Shown: piece by piece, positions 61,515 through 64,000 of the stretch
How the letters are laid out: each line of letters opens with the position of its first letter
Position numbering within the stretch: the first letter of the stretch is position 1
Assembly (NCBI GenBank): GCA_963729715.1
Contig: CAVSPA010000018.1
Coordinates: forward strand, 1 to 64,000
Source: an uncultured delta proteobacterium
GTDB taxonomy: Bacteria > Desulfobacterota > Syntrophia > Syntrophales > UBA2185
Length of the DNA stretch: 64,000 nt
Direction: 5' to 3'
Made by a program: the position numbers and the translations under genes
Notes under the pieces: model-generated
The model's input: only the letters and a program-made list of their open reading frames with translations
The model's database searches: none
What the model was told of the DNA's origin: nothing

Positions 61515-62257
61515 TCACACCCGCGTGGTATCCGATCTTCTTAAAGGAAATGCTTCATTTCAAGAGAAGGCTCCTCAAACTCGGCTATATCTTTTCCGCG
61601 ATGGTCGTGCCGATAATCTATCTCGTCGCCTTCGGCTTCGGACTCGGCAAGAGCGTCCGCATCGAAGGCGCCGATTATCTCACCTTCCTCCTCCCGGGAC
61701 TCGTGGCCATGAGTTCCATGAACAACTCCTATACCTGGGTCTCGACCTCCCTGAATCTCAACAGGCTCTATTTCAAGACATTCCAGATCTACGTGCAGGC
61801 TCCTATCAGCCCTTCTTCGATCATGACCGGGGAAGTGTTGGCGGGCATGGCAAAGGGGATATTTGCATCATCTTTAATCATCATCGTCGGTTTTATATCT
61901 TCGCCGGATTTTTCACTCACCCCATGGTTTGTGATCGCCCTGCTTCTGAACTGCTTTCTCTTTGCCAATTTGGGCGTGATCGTCGGGATGGTCACGAAGT
62001 CCCACGAGGACACGGCCACGTATTCCAACTTCTTTGTCATACCCATGGCGTTTTTCAGCGGTACATTTTTCCCAGTGGATAAATTGCCTGTTTACTTCAA
62101 GGCGGTTATCTATGTGCTGCCCCTCACCCATGCAAGCATCCTGATAAGAAAGACGTCCATGGATGCAGATGGGTTGCTTTCTCTCTGTGTGATGTTTGTC
62201 TATGCGGCGGTGTTTTTTATCTACGGCTCGAAGCTGATCAAGGATTACAGCGAATGA
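61511..62257 (+). CDS. ABC-2 permease (NodJ/DrrB-like)
   Basis: YLTFLLPG, FFSGTFFP, LPLTH; ATGA overlap with the ATPase gene. Confidence 0.92.
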   Translation: MITPAWYPIFLKEMLHFKRRLLKLGYIFSAMVVPIIYLVAFGFGLGKSVRIEGADYLTFLLPGLVAMSSMNNSYTWVSTSLNLNRLYFKTFQIYVQAPISPSSIMTGEVLAGMAKGIFASSLIIIVGFISSPDFSLTPWFVIALLLNCFLFANLGVIVGMVTKSHEDTATYSNFFVIPMAFFSGTFFPVDKLPVYFKAVIYVLPLTHASILIRKTSMDADGLLSLCVMFVYAAVFFIYGSKLIKDYSE

Positions 62258-62504
62258 TTATACGGGGAGCGAGCGACAAACTGAAACCCTACGATAACGC
62301 CGCGTCAAATACGACCTGACCCGGAATACTTGGCATAATACAGATCCGTTTTATTTTTATATCCTGCAGAAAACATTTTGGCAATAAAATCAGCGAGCGG
62401 ATCCTCTCGAAGCGGCTTTTCCCCGAAAAAGCAGGAGACCGGCAGTACGTATTTCGAGATTCCCAAGCACGAAGCAGAGACTCGTGCCCGCGGCCGTTTC
62501 ATCA

Positions 62505-63998
62505 CTATGTGACCTTCATCCTGCTGATAACTTCAAAGAGCTTCTCGGCCGTCACCTCTGCGGCATGAAGGGGCGTGCCGAATTCGAGGGAGATACGCGA
62601 CCATTTTCTTCTGAAGGGCCGCCGGTCTTCACCATGGTACATCCTGCTAAAGTAACTGCCCCAGAGACCGTTCAGACAGGCGGGCACCACCGGGACAGGA
62701 GTCCTCTGCACTATCTTTTCTATTCCCGGCTGAAACGCATGTATTTTGCCGTCGTTTGTGAGCATGCCTTCGGGAAAGATGCAAACCACTTCATCATTCT
62801 GCAGCCCTTCTGCAATTTTATCGAAAGCGGCGTTCAGCACATCCGGGGCTTCATCTGCGCCAGCCATGGGAATAACCCTGCCGTCTTTGAATATGCGGCC
62901 GAAGAACGGTATTTCAAAGTATTTGTAGTACATCGCGAAGAGCGTGGGTCTGGGGCAGCCGCTTTCGACGATCAAGCCATCGATGTAGGTGACGTGGTTG
63001 CACGCGATGATGAAAGGGCCATCGAGAGGAAGGTTCTCACGTCCGATAACTTTGAGACGGTATATTATATTGGCGATGCCCCAGGCCGTAAGCCTCAGCA
63101 AGAACTCCGGTATCTGGGTGTATATATATGCGGCGACAAGGATGTTCATTAGGGAAAAAATCAGGAATATCTGTGAGTAGCTGAATTTATAAATATAGAG
63201 TACTGTAAGAAAAAGAGAGGAAACGACCATGAAAAGTGCGTTTATGATGTTGTTGCCGGCTATGATACGCGATCTGATTTTCCTGCGCGACCCCTGCTGG
63301 ATGAAGGTGTAGAGCGGCACGGTAAAGAAACCGCCCGACACAGCAAGAAGAAAAACATCCAGGGATATCCTCTTCCCATGATCAGTATTTAAGAAATCCA
63401 TAACTGATACAAGTCCACCGGATGAAAGCACCGAAGGCTGCCCCACCAGAAAGAGGTCAAAGGTGAACAGCGAGATACCGAGTGAGCCGATCGGGACGAG
63501 CCCCAGTTCCGTCCTCCTGAAACTCAGTTTCTCGCAGAGTATGGAACCCACGCCGATACCGATGGAAAAAAGTACTAAAAACAGCATGACGACCGATTCT
63601 CTTGCCTGCAGGTAATCCTTGCAATACACGGGAATGATCGACAGCAGAGCAATGCCTATAAACCAGAACCAGGCGATTCCGAGGACGGAGTTGAAGATGA
63701 TATTCACTTTTTTCGTGATTCCCAAAATTTCAGCGGTCGTGGTGATCGGATTCATATTGATCTTGAGCTCCGGCATCACTGGTTTGATGGATCTTATTGT
63801 CAAACTGATAAGAAATCCTATCATGGCAATCGCAACTACCACTATCCCCGTCGCCCATGTACCGCTCTCTATGGAGATTAGTTGTACCCCCAGGATTGAG
63901 CCGAGGAGAATAGCTATGAATGTGCCGGTCTCAACATACGCGTTGCCCCTGACAAGCTCATCACTGTGGAGGAGATGGGGCAGGATGCTGTATTTCAC
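62505..63998 (-). CDS. MFS (LplT-like) / acyltransferase fusion, 5'-partial
   Basis: KYSILP...GNAYVE, RIIAGNNIINA, then PlsC motifs NHVTYID and IFPEG; runs to the window edge. Confidence 0.9.
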   Translation of the reverse strand: MKYSILPHLLHSDELVRGNAYVETGTFIAILLGSILGVQLISIESGTWATGIVVVAIAMIGFLISLTIRSIKPVMPELKINMNPITTTAEILGITKKVNIIFNSVLGIAWFWFIGIALLSIIPVYCKDYLQARESVVMLFLVLFSIGIGVGSILCEKLSFRRTELGLVPIGSLGISLFTFDLFLVGQPSVLSSGGLVSVMDFLNTDHGKRISLDVFLLAVSGGFFTVPLYTFIQQGSRRKIRSRIIAGNNIINALFMVVSSLFLTVLYIYKFSYSQIFLIFSLMNILVAAYIYTQIPEFLLRLTAWGIANIIYRLKVIGRENLPLDGPFIIACNHVTYIDGLIVESGCPRPTLFAMYYKYFEIPFFGRIFKDGRVIPMAGADEAPDVLNAAFDKIAEGLQNDEVVCIFPEGMLTNDGKIHAFQPGIEKIVQRTPVPVVPACLNGLWGSYFSRMYHGEDRRPFRRKWSRISLEFGTPLHAAEVTAEKLFEVISRMKVT

Positions 63999-64000
63999 CG

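Noticed and set aside
47434..62322. GACCTGACCC motif at about 47436 and 62313 as a REP-like repeat
   Set aside because: Only two 10-nt matches without partner inverted copies; could be chance.

Overview
A 64 kb accessory-rich region, probably from an anaerobic deltaproteobacterium (Desulfobacterota, Syntrophales-like; inferred from gene content). In order: a cyclic beta-1,2-glucan synthase (cut by the window edge), ABC exporter, PBP1A and a perR-katG module. Next is the most interesting part, a minus-strand, probably sigma54-driven operon (17.5-24.9 kb). It encodes two exported selenoproteins that the ORF track breaks at in-frame UGA codons (a CxxU HMA-like protein and a 1-Sec peroxiredoxin, each with a SECIS-like hairpin), a Tat-signal metallo-beta-lactamase-fold (MBL) enzyme, a His/Trp-rich polytopic membrane protein, a 41-aa membrane peptide, an orphan betaine-type binding protein and a tandem-repeat secreted protein. 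Then come a CobW-like fusion, a PAS-LuxR-linked lactonase/beta-oxidation operon, a DUF134/NifX/Mrp/NifU metal-cluster operon containing a divergent AbfD-like enzyme, and assorted envelope genes. Mobile elements: three related group II intron relics (one ORF-less, with a second intron inserted at the end of domain V), an IS200 and a frameshifting ISL3 that splits a membrane gene. No rRNA, tRNA or CRISPR array was seen. All calls come from reading motifs by eye; no database searches were run.
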